Source of the DNA: Candidatus Latescibacterota bacterium | GTDB taxonomy: Bacteria > Latescibacterota > UBA2968 | Direction of reading: 5' to 3' | Length of the DNA stretch: 64,000 nt | NCBI GenBank assembly: GCA_965204375.1 | Contig: OZ241986.1 | Coordinates: 4,352,001 to 4,416,000, forward strand | Part shown: piece after piece, positions 39,463 through 48,773 of the stretch | Layout of the letters: each line of letters starts with the position of its first letter | How positions within the stretch are numbered: the first letter of the stretch is position 1 | Notes under the pieces: generated by a model | Database searches by the model: none | What the model was told of the DNA's origin: nothing | Seen by the model: the letters and a program-made list of their open reading frames with translations, nothing else | Translations under genes and position numbers: made by a program

Positions 39463-40323
39463 TCAGTTATCCAGCCTCACCCTGACCCCTCTCTCCCGAA
39501 GCGCAGGAATATGCGTATTAATTGAGACATCACTCAGAGGATTATCCCTCACATCGATATAATCCTTTTCCCCACGCAATCCCGCGTTCTCCACCAGAGG
39601 CGATAAATCCGTAATATCGCAATCCTGAATATTCAGCCTCTCCATATGGATCATACCCGACAGAAGAGAAATATCCGAGACAGCATTGACATTGAGAGCC
39701 AACCCCCTCAAATTGGTCAAACCCGACAGATGAGAAATATCCCAGATCAGATTATTACTCAAACTCAGCCATCTCAAATTGGTCAAACCCGACAGCGGCG
39801 AAAGATCCGAAATTTCATTGGTGTAAAGATTCAGCATCCTCAGCCTGGTCATACCCGACAACGGAGAAATGTCCGAAATACGAAAATTCGCACTAACATC
39901 CAGTGTTTCCAGCGCCGTTAAATTCGCCAGCGGCGAGATATCATATATCATATTGCGATGGAGGTACAACTCCGTCAGCTTAACTAAACCCGACAACGGA
40001 GAAAGATCCGTAATCTCATTGCTATTGATATGGTTGCCATTTATAAATACAGCGCCGAGATTCAGCACCGTCAGTTCGGTCGCGTACTCAATCCCCGTCA
40101 AATCGCGAACCCTTGAATTCGGTGCTTCAAGGCGCGTCAACGTCGCCATCTCAACCGCAGTAATCGCCTCACCCCTCGCCTTGTTCAAAGAATCCTCAAT
40201 CACCGCACGCAGGTGGACATCCGGAATCGTTATTTCCCCACCCTTCTCATGAGCACCCGCGTCGCATTCGCCATAAATGGCAAGACAAACACTGAGAATG
40301 ATCAAGAGATACCGGTAGATCAT
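39463..40323 (-). CDS. secreted internalin-like leucine-rich repeat protein, copy 2
   Basis: Same 861-nt length and near-identical N-terminus MIYRYLLIIL. Confidence 0.9.
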   Translation of the reverse strand: MIYRYLLIILSVCLAIYGECDAGAHEKGGEITIPDVHLRAVIEDSLNKARGEAITAVEMATLTRLEAPNSRVRDLTGIEYATELTVLNLGAVFINGNHINSNEITDLSPLSGLVKLTELYLHRNMIYDISPLANLTALETLDVSANFRISDISPLSGMTRLRMLNLYTNEISDLSPLSGLTNLRWLSLSNNLIWDISHLSGLTNLRGLALNVNAVSDISLLSGMIHMERLNIQDCDITDLSPLVENAGLRGEKDYIDVRDNPLSDVSINTHIPALRERGVRVRLDN

Positions 40324-40345
40324 GGAAACAGTTCTCCAATAAGCG

Positions 40346-42175
40346 TCATATAACCCCATACAACGGCCCACCCGACGCCCCGAGAGCCTCTACTTTTTTA
40401 GTAATATTGGGATCCTCAACAAGCGGGGGCGCGTGGTGGGGCTTGTGGCGCGCATCAATAATCAGCGACCCGTTGCAACCCCAGTGTTTGTATTCAATAA
40501 AACTATCAACACCATAAACATCATGCGAGGGATTGGAGCGCGTGAACGCGACCCAGAGAAAATTGTTGAGCGTACGCGAACAAAACGCGCTATCATCGAC
40601 AATCAGAATAAGCGGCAACCCATCGAGAGACTGTGACGCGAGCGCCTCGGCAAGACGAACTGCATCCTTACCCCCCTGATCTGCATCTCTAAAGTCGGGA
40701 CCCTCAATAGCCGCGACACCGGGCAGGGCAATCGCGGGATTCTTAAATCCATCAGACAAGATGAGATCGCCCGGAATCTCGCGCCACAGATCGCGTCTCT
40801 TCGCACCGGCTGCGGCAATCACAACCTTGGAACCCTCATTAAACCCCGTACCCGAATAATCCAGCGTATCCATCGTCGTACGCGTTTGAAAGTGGAGATC
40901 GCGTCGCCAATCCACCCGCTCGAGAACGTGGATAAAATAAGCGCCGATATCGTGCGTATTCAGATGGGGATTATCTTCCCCCGCAGAAATAAAAAGGTAT
41001 TTCGCCAAAGAGCATGCGCCAAAACCGAGCAATGCATTGGCCAGCGAGAGAATCTCCTGCGGTTGTCGCTCTCGGTAAGGCACATAGCGCTCCGAACCAA
41101 TGGCAATAAGCAAAGGATGAACGCCCGCTGCATCCACAGCGTTAATAGACTTGAGACCGGGAATCTCAACGGGAACCATCGGACCAGTAATCTCGTGAAT
41201 AAGCAAACCAAATGCCGTATCTTCCTGCGGGGGGCGACCCACAACAGTAAAGGGATAAATAGCGTCTCTCCTGTGCCAAACATCTTCGACGTGGAGAACG
41301 GGAAAATCATGCGCCAGGCTATAATACCCCAGATGATCGCCAAACGGACCCTCGGGTTTGGTTTCACCTGGATGCACGGTACCCGTAATAACAAAATCGG
41401 CCTCAGTAGAAATAACACAGGCATTCCTGCGTGCATAGCGAAACCGACGCCCGGCCAGACCCCCGGCAAAAATAATTTCGGACAACCCCTCGGGCAAAGG
41501 CATAACAGCAGAAAACGTATGCGCGGGCGGTCCCCCGATAAAAATACTCACGCGCAAAGGCTCTCCGCGCCTGAGCGCATTCGCATGGTGGATCCCAATA
41601 TCGCGGCGGATCTGGTAGTGCAGACCAACTTCTTCGTTCTGTATGTACTCATTACCTGAAAGCTGGATGCGATACATACCCAAATTGGCATTCATAATAC
41701 CCGGCCGGTCGGGATCCTCAGTATAAACCTGGGGCAAAAGAACAAAAGGACCGCCGTCGTCGGGCCAACATTGAATCTGAGGAAGCTGATCAATACGCGT
41801 ACTGTTTTTGAGCACCGCGCCAAAACGCACCCTTCTCGGCAACGTATTAAATGCAATCCTCGCAATCCCCATTGCGCGCCAGGGCGCGCGAAGAAACGCA
41901 ACCGGATCAGCCTTGGCCTCGACAAGGCGTTGTACCCATCCCAGAGTTGACCGAAAAAGAAAACGCGAGCGATCGAGCGTACCAAAAAGATTGGAAACCG
42001 CTGGAAACGGACTATCTTTCACATTCGCATAGAAAATCGCCGGACCATTGGCCTGAAAAACGCGGCGATGGATCTCCGCCATCTCCAGATAGGGATCCAC
42101 CTCCTGTTCAATACGGATGAGATGGCCGTTGCGCTCGAGATCGTCAACGCATTGTTTGAGGGACTTGTATCGCAT
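40346..42175 (-). CDS. UbiD-family prFMN-dependent decarboxylase
   Basis: NLGMYR, EGPFGDHLGYYS, VGRPPQED, DTLDYS. Confidence 0.92.
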   Translation of the reverse strand: MRYKSLKQCVDDLERNGHLIRIEQEVDPYLEMAEIHRRVFQANGPAIFYANVKDSPFPAVSNLFGTLDRSRFLFRSTLGWVQRLVEAKADPVAFLRAPWRAMGIARIAFNTLPRRVRFGAVLKNSTRIDQLPQIQCWPDDGGPFVLLPQVYTEDPDRPGIMNANLGMYRIQLSGNEYIQNEEVGLHYQIRRDIGIHHANALRRGEPLRVSIFIGGPPAHTFSAVMPLPEGLSEIIFAGGLAGRRFRYARRNACVISTEADFVITGTVHPGETKPEGPFGDHLGYYSLAHDFPVLHVEDVWHRRDAIYPFTVVGRPPQEDTAFGLLIHEITGPMVPVEIPGLKSINAVDAAGVHPLLIAIGSERYVPYRERQPQEILSLANALLGFGACSLAKYLFISAGEDNPHLNTHDIGAYFIHVLERVDWRRDLHFQTRTTMDTLDYSGTGFNEGSKVVIAAAGAKRRDLWREIPGDLILSDGFKNPAIALPGVAAIEGPDFRDADQGGKDAVRLAEALASQSLDGLPLILIVDDSAFCSRTLNNFLWVAFTRSNPSHDVYGVDSFIEYKHWGCNGSLIIDARHKPHHAPPLVEDPNITKKVEALGASGGPLYGVI

Positions 42176-42275
42176 TGCAGTATATTGTTAGAGGTTAGAG
42201 TTTTGATGTGTAATATAGTGTACTGAATACCACATTGAGAGACAATTTTTAAGTTATAGTAAGGAGGAAAGCACA

Positions 42276-43262
42276 ATGACATCATTTCGAGCGCTGGTCG
42301 TACGCGAATCAGAGAGCCAGTTTTTAAGATCCGTAGAAAACCGACAAATAGATGAACTCCCCGAAGGCGAAGTATTGATACGGGTGCGCTATTCCTCGCT
42401 AAATTACAAAGACGCCCTATCTGCAACCGGGCACCGCGGCGTAACGCAGGCGTACCCGCACACACCGGGAATAGATGCAGCAGGAGAAATCGTCGAAAGC
42501 TCTGTCGCCGACTTTGAACCTGGCGACAGCGTATTGGTCACGGGCTACGATTTGGGAATGAATACGCCGGGCGGATTCGGACAATACATCAGAATACCCG
42601 CCCATTGGCTGGTCAGACTCCCCGAAGAATTGACCACAAAAGAAAGCATGGGATATGGAACAGCGGGATTTACAGCAGCACTATCAGTCCATCACATCAT
42701 CGAAACAGGTATAAAGCCAGACCAGGGCGACATCGCAGTAACCGGCGCAACCGGCGGCGTGGGCAGTCTCGCAGTGGCAATACTGGCCAAAAACGGCTTT
42801 CGAGTCGTAGCAGCCACGGGAAAAGCGTCAGAAACGGACTTCCTGAAAGAACTCGGCGCTTATGAAGTCATAGACCGACGCACATTGGACGACGACACTG
42901 GACGGCCCATCCTATCGGGCCGTTGGGCAGCGGCAATAGATACCGTTGGCGGAAACATCCTGTCAACACTCATCAAAACAACGCAATACCACGGCGTAAT
43001 AACCTGTTGTGGCCTGGTATCCTCCCCCGAACTGCACACCACAGTATATCCATTTATCCTCCGCGGTGTCAAACTAATCGGCATCGACTCCGTCTTATGC
43101 CCCATGGACCTCAGACTAAAAATCTGGCAACATCTCGCTACAGACTGGAAAATCAACACCCTGAACAACATAATCGCAGAATGCGACCTGGAAGACCTGA
43201 ATGCCCAAATAGATCGCATCCTATCTGGACAAATGCGCGGACGGATCGTGGTCAAACTGTAA
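42276..43262 (+). CDS. YhdH/AcuI-family NADPH-dependent oxidoreductase
   Basis: YSSLNYKD, GTAGFTAAL, TGATGGVGS, PFILRGVKLIGIDSV. Confidence 0.9.
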   Translation: MTSFRALVVRESESQFLRSVENRQIDELPEGEVLIRVRYSSLNYKDALSATGHRGVTQAYPHTPGIDAAGEIVESSVADFEPGDSVLVTGYDLGMNTPGGFGQYIRIPAHWLVRLPEELTTKESMGYGTAGFTAALSVHHIIETGIKPDQGDIAVTGATGGVGSLAVAILAKNGFRVVAATGKASETDFLKELGAYEVIDRRTLDDDTGRPILSGRWAAAIDTVGGNILSTLIKTTQYHGVITCCGLVSSPELHTTVYPFILRGVKLIGIDSVLCPMDLRLKIWQHLATDWKINTLNNIIAECDLEDLNAQIDRILSGQMRGRIVVKL

Positions 43263-43267
43263 AAGCA

Positions 43268-43428
43268 AGTAAGAAGTTAGAAGTTAGAAGGCCCGCCCCA
43301 ACCACCCAAAGGCTGGTACTTCTCCCTTCACCCTTCACCCTTCACCCTTCACCCTTCTCCCTTCACACTTCTCCCTTCACACTTCACACTTCTCCCTTCA
43401 CACTTCACACTTCTCCCTTCACACTTCT
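43268..43428. repeat. heptamer tandem repeat C(A/C)CTTC(A/T), about 15 copies, facing an inverted AGAAGTT tract
   Basis: Direct reading; lies between convergent genes and supplies the last codons of the 43405 CDS. Confidence 0.85.
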
Positions 43429-44163
43429 AACAATCCTCCGACTCCTCTTCAGTGCATCGAGAGGATCTGGAATATCCGACTTCAGTTCCAGACTCATATT
43501 CCCGGCATATTTGACCGAAAGAAGCGCGGCAAATGTAGATCGCAGCACCTCCCGCGTAAGCACCCCATCGCACAGACCCAGGTGCAGATCCTCCTCCCCA
43601 TCATTATCATCGAGATGAACATAACCCAGCCGGTCTCCTGCCAGCGCGATCATATCCGCGGGATCTTCATTCGCCATCTGTGCGTGACCGATATCAAAAA
43701 GCAGATACAGATTGGGGTGACCAATCTCCTCGAGATAAGTGAGCGTAAACGGCACCGTCGGCAAAAACGTACCCGGAAAGTGTTCAACAGCGAGCTTGAC
43801 ACCCGCATCCTGCGCCTGATCAGCCAGCACACTCAAAGACTCGGCAAACAGATCGGCATCATCGCCCTGGGGCACCAGGTACGCCGTCGTTGCACCGAGC
43901 CGAGCACCGTGTTCAAACGCCCGATTTATATGATCGCGTGCGGATTGTGGATTATCTCCTGTCAGAGACATCCCCTCGGGCATATCGGCAGAAGCGGCAA
44001 TACACGAAACAGCGAGACCGAGATCCTTCGCCCGTTGTTGAAGATCGGCAGTCTGAAGCCAACCCGGACGAATATCAATATGGGTAAACCCCGCATCGGC
44101 AACCTGTTCTAAAGCGAGTTCCTCGGCACAGGTCAGTGCCCATATACATGCAGCGAGAGACAT
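43405..44163 (-). CDS. sugar-phosphate isomerase/epimerase (TIM barrel)
   Basis: AVEH, FDIGH, VHLDDNDG, SLELK metal ligands. Confidence 0.85.
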   Translation of the reverse strand: MSLAACIWALTCAEELALEQVADAGFTHIDIRPGWLQTADLQQRAKDLGLAVSCIAASADMPEGMSLTGDNPQSARDHINRAFEHGARLGATTAYLVPQGDDADLFAESLSVLADQAQDAGVKLAVEHFPGTFLPTVPFTLTYLEEIGHPNLYLLFDIGHAQMANEDPADMIALAGDRLGYVHLDDNDGEEDLHLGLCDGVLTREVLRSTFAALLSVKYAGNMSLELKSDIPDPLDALKRSRRIVRSVKGEV

Positions 44164-44189
44164 GGTGGCTCCTTTGAAAAATAAAACCG

Positions 44190-44217
44190 AACCCCAGGCG
44201 ATTTTTCGTCTGGGGTT
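44190..44217. terminator. intrinsic terminator-like hairpin
   Basis: AACCCCAGGCG...CGTCTGGGGTT. Confidence 0.55.
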
Positions 44218-44253
44218 TAGTGTGAAATAAATGGGAGAAGAGGATAGAGCCGG

Positions 44254-44634
44254 TTAGTTATCAGCGGGTTCGACCACAGAGGCACCCTTTGGTTTGCGGT
44301 GCATTCGTGCGTAGGTCTCCGCCAGAAGATCGCGCAATTCCTCGGCAATCTCTGGATGAGGATTACCGGCGAGAGCTTTGCAGGCCAGTTGCTCGGCTAA
44401 ACGGAACTGGTTGCTATTAAACGCCATCCACCCGGCACTGCGGTGCAGCACGGACCACGTTGGCTCGGCGTGGTCGCCGCGCTCATCCAATTCCCTAATG
44501 GCAGCAAGCTCCAATTCCAACGCTTCGGCATAAAGCTGGATAGCCTTTTCCTTGTGACCGCGTGTTCGTTCCAGAATAGCTGTTTCCACGAGGTCCATGG
44601 CCTGGTTGTGAGGGTTGGTCGTAGTGGCACTCAT
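44254..44634 (-). CDS. small helical (TPR-like) hypothetical protein
   Basis: 126-aa ORF directly after the Rpn gene; SVLHRSAG...EIAEELRDLL. Confidence 0.7.
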   Translation of the reverse strand: MSATTTNPHNQAMDLVETAILERTRGHKEKAIQLYAEALELELAAIRELDERGDHAEPTWSVLHRSAGWMAFNSNQFRLAEQLACKALAGNPHPEIAEELRDLLAETYARMHRKPKGASVVEPADN

Positions 44635-44646
44635 TGGAAAATCAGA

Positions 44647-44907
44647 TCACGCATCTAACACGCGCTCAAATGCCTCAAGGCTGGACGCTTGAATCGCCGC
44701 ACGGTGCAACTGCTTCAGACGTTGCAAATCTTCAATAGCGGCAATGCGCGTGGATAGAGGGTGCGCTTCGCTCAGGTCAAATCGAATCTCCAACACTTCG
44801 AGAATATCTTCGAGCGTGCTTTTTCTTTCGCCTTGCTCAATACCCTGCTCAATACCCAATTGCTTAATGTATTGTGCAAACGATGACTCGCGCATAATGG
44901 CGTCCAT
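44647..44907 (-). CDS. putative intragenic small C-terminal Rpn product (RpnS-like), 86 aa
   Basis: In-frame ATG at 44907 preceded by AGGAGG at 5-nt spacing. Confidence 0.55.
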   Translation of the reverse strand: MDAIMRESSFAQYIKQLGIEQGIEQGERKSTLEDILEVLEIRFDLSEAHPLSTRIAAIEDLQRLKQLHRAAIQASSLEAFERVLDA

Positions 44908-45540
44908 AAGACCCTCCTGTAATAGAATACGATTGATCAGGCTCGGATCATACTCTAACCCACTCAATATCATCAACCTGCCCAAAAAGTCAACCTTTAT
45001 TGATTCATCCACCCGCAGAGCATTCGTCGCGTCAACACAGTGATGTAACCACGCTTCTGAATCTATTCCAACAGGACGTTTCATCAACGATGCAAATGGA
45101 AACAAGCCCGAAGGTCCGTCATCAAGAATATCCTGTCCCTCTATCTCACTGAGCCGAATCACTGTGTATTTGATCACAACAAGATGGCCGGATATTTCCT
45201 GAACAAAGTGCCCCGGATCGCGCCGACCCGCACTGCGCCGCAAATAGATCACGCTGGAATAAATCGGCAGGCCATGCTGCTCAATCGCACGTATAATGTA
45301 GCCCGCCATGCGGATCGGCATAGATGGATCGTCAGTCGTTTGAAACTCGTGATGGATCAATGTCTCCTTGCCCGCAATGTGGACGCGGATGAGGCTGTCA
45401 GTGTGTCGTGTTTCAACTGTCTTTTGCTCTGTGTCGAGTATGTCGAGGACTTCTACATCGTCCTGTTCAAGTGTGAGTCGGATGAAGTCTTTGGGATAGG
45501 TCTGGATGAGATGTTTGGAGATGGTGTCATATTCGGCCAT
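44647..45540 (-). CDS. Rpn/YhgA-like PD-(D/E)xK nuclease
   Basis: YDTISKHL, RHTDSL...HHEFQ, MPIRMAGY, EQGIEQG repeats. Confidence 0.85.
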   Translation of the reverse strand: MAEYDTISKHLIQTYPKDFIRLTLEQDDVEVLDILDTEQKTVETRHTDSLIRVHIAGKETLIHHEFQTTDDPSMPIRMAGYIIRAIEQHGLPIYSSVIYLRRSAGRRDPGHFVQEISGHLVVIKYTVIRLSEIEGQDILDDGPSGLFPFASLMKRPVGIDSEAWLHHCVDATNALRVDESIKVDFLGRLMILSGLEYDPSLINRILLQEGLMDAIMRESSFAQYIKQLGIEQGIEQGERKSTLEDILEVLEIRFDLSEAHPLSTRIAAIEDLQRLKQLHRAAIQASSLEAFERVLDA

Positions 45541-45827
45541 GTGGAATGCCCTGAGTCTGATGGGTGAATTCTATTTTAAAACACACGCAACAGTCAGACC
45601 CGAAGCAAATATCAAGCCAACGTCACAGAGATTGAGCGATAAATTGTATAGACAGAAGCTCAAGTACCCTCATCATGCTTTTAATATGCTGTATTGCGCT
45701 CTTAACTTGAATATAAAGATCGCCTTGGGAAGCACATACAAACCGAACACGCCGGGATGTAAAAGTGTACGTTTTGAGCCATGAATGGGCGGTCATGTGA
45801 AAGATATGTACCGCTACCTCTCGCGCC

Positions 45828-46526
45828 TCACAACCCCTGATTCTTTTCTCTCAACGACCATGATCTATCCGGATTGTGATACAACCACTGCTCCATATTT
45901 TCTTTAATCCGGGACCATTCCGTATCCAGCATGGAAAACCACGTCGTATCCCGGTTGCGGTCCTTAACAATCAGATGCTGGCGAAAAAGCCCTTCATACG
46001 TGAACCCCAGGCGGAGCGCAGCAGACCGCGAGCGTTCATTGAGCGCATCGCATTTCCACTCCACACGGCGATAACGCATACAATCAAAAGCCTCGCAAAG
46101 CATGAGATACGCCGCCTCGGTATTCGCACACGTATTTTGTGCCTCGGGACCATACCAGATATTTCCAAGCTCCAACCGACGCGCATCGGGTGCAATATTC
46201 AAAAAACTCACCATACCAATAGGCCGACCAGATAATTTATCCCGAACACAAAAAAAGAGCGGATCCTCCGAACGCTCAATCCCCTCAAGCCACGCCTGCA
46301 TGTCCGACACATCTTCAAAAGGCCCATACGCCATATACGTCCACAACTGCTCCACGAGTTCCGTCCCATGCGAACATGCAAACAATCCGGGTGCATCCTT
46401 TTCCGGATCGAGCGGCGACAGCGCAATATACTCACCTTCATAATCCACTCGTCGCGGGACACGCACTTCAGACACAGACGGAACAAAATCGCCAACGGGA
46501 AGAGACAGCATCGAGTTTATCTCCAT
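45828..46526 (-). CDS. RimL-like GNAT acetyltransferase
   Basis: YRRVEWKCDALNERSRSAALRLGFTYEGLFRQH...NRDTTWFS. Confidence 0.9.
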   Translation of the reverse strand: MEINSMLSLPVGDFVPSVSEVRVPRRVDYEGEYIALSPLDPEKDAPGLFACSHGTELVEQLWTYMAYGPFEDVSDMQAWLEGIERSEDPLFFCVRDKLSGRPIGMVSFLNIAPDARRLELGNIWYGPEAQNTCANTEAAYLMLCEAFDCMRYRRVEWKCDALNERSRSAALRLGFTYEGLFRQHLIVKDRNRDTTWFSMLDTEWSRIKENMEQWLYHNPDRSWSLREKNQGL

Positions 46527-46675
46527 AAGCTATAGTTAGTGTAATATTCTGAATATATTCGGCATATTCTTTGACAAAACCAAAAAAATTAAGGTTTCCC
46601 CAAAATGGGGATTATGTAGTTGAGTAGCATGATCGCTCCTCCTTTCAGTTTCAATTTAGAAAATATGAATATTCA

Positions 46676-46704
46676 TTGACATTGTAAAAGGGATTCGATA
46701 GATT
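46676..46704 (+). promoter_or_regulatory. sigma70-like promoter of passenger ORF 46813
   Basis: TTGACA-17-TAGATT. Confidence 0.6.
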
Positions 46705-46812
46705 ATCAGCATCTGTCAAATTACTGATATTTTTGTCTTACATTACGAATATACGTTTTAGCCCTGACGGACAAACTCACGGAAGCCCTGACGGCATCCA
46801 AAGGAGAGTTCC

Positions 46813-47268
46813 ATGGATATACAGAGACTCATTAAAGAAGAGTACAAGGAGCATGAACCTTTCTATTGCAAGGAACACGCTTTGGCAATATCGAAAAGGA
46901 ACGTACTCGAAAGAATTGTGCGCGAGCGTTCTGGAGAGCCTGAGGTAGTCCCCTCGATCTGGGATAACAAGCGGGCACCTACTCCGATTGTGGTGCCAGG
47001 GGGATCTGGTGGCGAAGCCATAGGTGTTGCTTTAGTCGCTTTGCTCATCGGCGGCGGCTATGCGCTATACAAATGGCTATCCAGTGACGATGCCCAAACG
47101 TCGTCCAATGACACTTCTGGCAACTCTGGTGCCCCTTCTGTGAATGAGCAACTCAACCGCATCGAGGAAAGGCTCGACGGACTCGACGCGAAACACGCCG
47201 ACATTGAAAGGGCGCAAGATAGAGCGAAAGCCATCCTGGACCGCCTTAAAGTTCCCGAAGCGGCTTAA
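46813..47268 (+). CDS. passenger protein with one TM helix and C-terminal coiled coil
   Basis: AAGGAG RBS; AIGVALVALLIGGGYALYKW; LNRIEERLDGLD. Confidence 0.7.
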   Translation: MDIQRLIKEEYKEHEPFYCKEHALAISKRNVLERIVRERSGEPEVVPSIWDNKRAPTPIVVPGGSGGEAIGVALVALLIGGGYALYKWLSSDDAQTSSNDTSGNSGAPSVNEQLNRIEERLDGLDAKHADIERAQDRAKAILDRLKVPEAA

Positions 47269-47280
47269 CCATATTACATG

Positions 47281-47365
47281 AAAAAAGCCCTGGCGGTATC
47301 GAGTCAAACTGCTGATAGCATTAGAGCATTCAAGTTTGTCCGTCAGGGCCATGAGAGCTAATTTC
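47281..47365 (-). ncRNA. candidate antisense RNA A, convergent with ORF 46813
   Basis: GCCCTGGCGG/CCGTCAGGGC stem with U-tract on the minus strand; complementary to the 46813 leader; weak upstream promoter (TTGCGA-19-TAAAAT). Confidence 0.45.
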
Positions 47366-47437
47366 CTGTCATAATTTTATGCCAGAAAAAGGGAGATTTC
47401 GCAACTAAAATACTGCCCACTTGGGCAGTAAAAACAC

Positions 47438-47466
47438 TTGCATTTCAGAGGTTACGATGTTATCTT
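47438..47466 (+). promoter_or_regulatory. transposase promoter, overlapped by inverted repeat GGTTACGAT/ATCGTAACC
   Basis: TTGCAT-17-TATCTT with a TGn extended -10. Confidence 0.55.
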
Positions 47467-47504
47467 TATATCAAATCGTAACCCCTTATTTTTTGGGTAG
47501 ATAT

Positions 47505-47588
47505 AAAAAGGGCGAGACCTATGTTCGCGCATAGGTCTCGCCCGACTGCCCTCCATCAAGCTAAACAAAGTGACATTGCCTTAGCTTG
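47505..47588 (-). ncRNA. candidate antisense RNA B, opposite the transposase leader
   Basis: Minus-strand TTGCAA-17-TATTTT (47622-47594); CAAGCTAA/TTAGCTTG hairpin; perfect 14-bp terminator stem 47510-47543 plus U-tract. Confidence 0.55.
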
Positions 47589-47641
47589 AACAAAAAATAA
47601 CGGGTAGCCACACAAATTGCAAGAGAAAAGTGAGGTGTGCT

Positions 47642-48607
47642 ATGGCTACCAATGCCCCTGGCATGCATTTCCGTGAGGGCATGTCTCTGATTCAGTTGTT
47701 CCAGATGTTTCCTGATGATGAGGCTGCCGAGAAGTGGTTTGTTCACACGCGCTGGCCGGATGGGATGGCCTGTCCGCACTGTGGGAGTACGAATGTCAAC
47801 GAAAAGGCCACACACCCTACGATGTCCTTCAGATGCCGAGAATGTGTCAAATACTTCTCGCCAAAGACGGGCACCATCATGGCACGATCTAAGCTCGGAT
47901 ACCAGATATGGCTTATTGCCATCTATCTCTACACCACACACCTTAAAGGCGTGTCCTCTATGAAGCTACACAGAGACCTCGACATCACACAGAGAACCGC
48001 CTGGTTCTTACTCCATCGCATCAGGCACGCCATGTCTGAGGAGGAACAGACCCTCTTTGAGGGCACAGTAGAAGTCGATGAGACGTATATCGGTGGGAAG
48101 GAAGGGAACAAACACGCCAAAGACAAACTGCGTACTGGCAGAGGCACAGCAGGCAAAGTCCCTGTGGCCGGTGTCAAGAACAGAGACACAAAGCAAGTGC
48201 AGGCAATCGTGATCGACGAGGCCGATGAGGACACGTTGAAAGTGTTTATTGAGGATACTGTGGCGCGTGGGGCCACTGTCTATACGGACGGCTCACACGT
48301 CTATAACAGTCTGGAGGGGTATGAACACGAAAAGGTGATTCACTCGCGGGGCGAATACGTCCGGGGGGATGTGTGGACAAACGGCATCGAATCATTCTGG
48401 TCAGGGATCAAACGCGGCATTATGGGCGTGTACCACAAGATCAGCCCAAAGCACCTGTGGCGATATGTCACAGAGTTTGTGGCACGCCAGAACATGCGGA
48501 TGCGAGACACCATCGACCAGATGACGCTCATTGTGCGGAGGTTCGAGGGAAAACGGCTAAGGTATGCAGACTTGACGGCACTGTATCCATCGCTGGAATT
48601 ACGTTGA
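47642..48607 (+). CDS. IS1595-family DDE transposase
   Basis: RWPDGMACPHCGS...CREC zinc ribbon; VEVDETYIGG, YTDG, TNGIESFW. Confidence 0.95.
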   Translation: MATNAPGMHFREGMSLIQLFQMFPDDEAAEKWFVHTRWPDGMACPHCGSTNVNEKATHPTMSFRCRECVKYFSPKTGTIMARSKLGYQIWLIAIYLYTTHLKGVSSMKLHRDLDITQRTAWFLLHRIRHAMSEEEQTLFEGTVEVDETYIGGKEGNKHAKDKLRTGRGTAGKVPVAGVKNRDTKQVQAIVIDEADEDTLKVFIEDTVARGATVYTDGSHVYNSLEGYEHEKVIHSRGEYVRGDVWTNGIESFWSGIKRGIMGVYHKISPKHLWRYVTEFVARQNMRMRDTIDQMTLIVRRFEGKRLRYADLTALYPSLELR

Positions 48608-48773
48608 CAGGCACGGCGATATGATGTATAACTAAACTGTGCAGAACGCACAAATGGAAATGACTCACCCCGTAGAAGGTGAGCCATTCCAAACACTAAA
48701 ATTCATCGCCGACAGATGATGCCTAAACTTACATCACTTGGGGGCATCTGTCAAGGCGGAAAGGAAGCATGCT

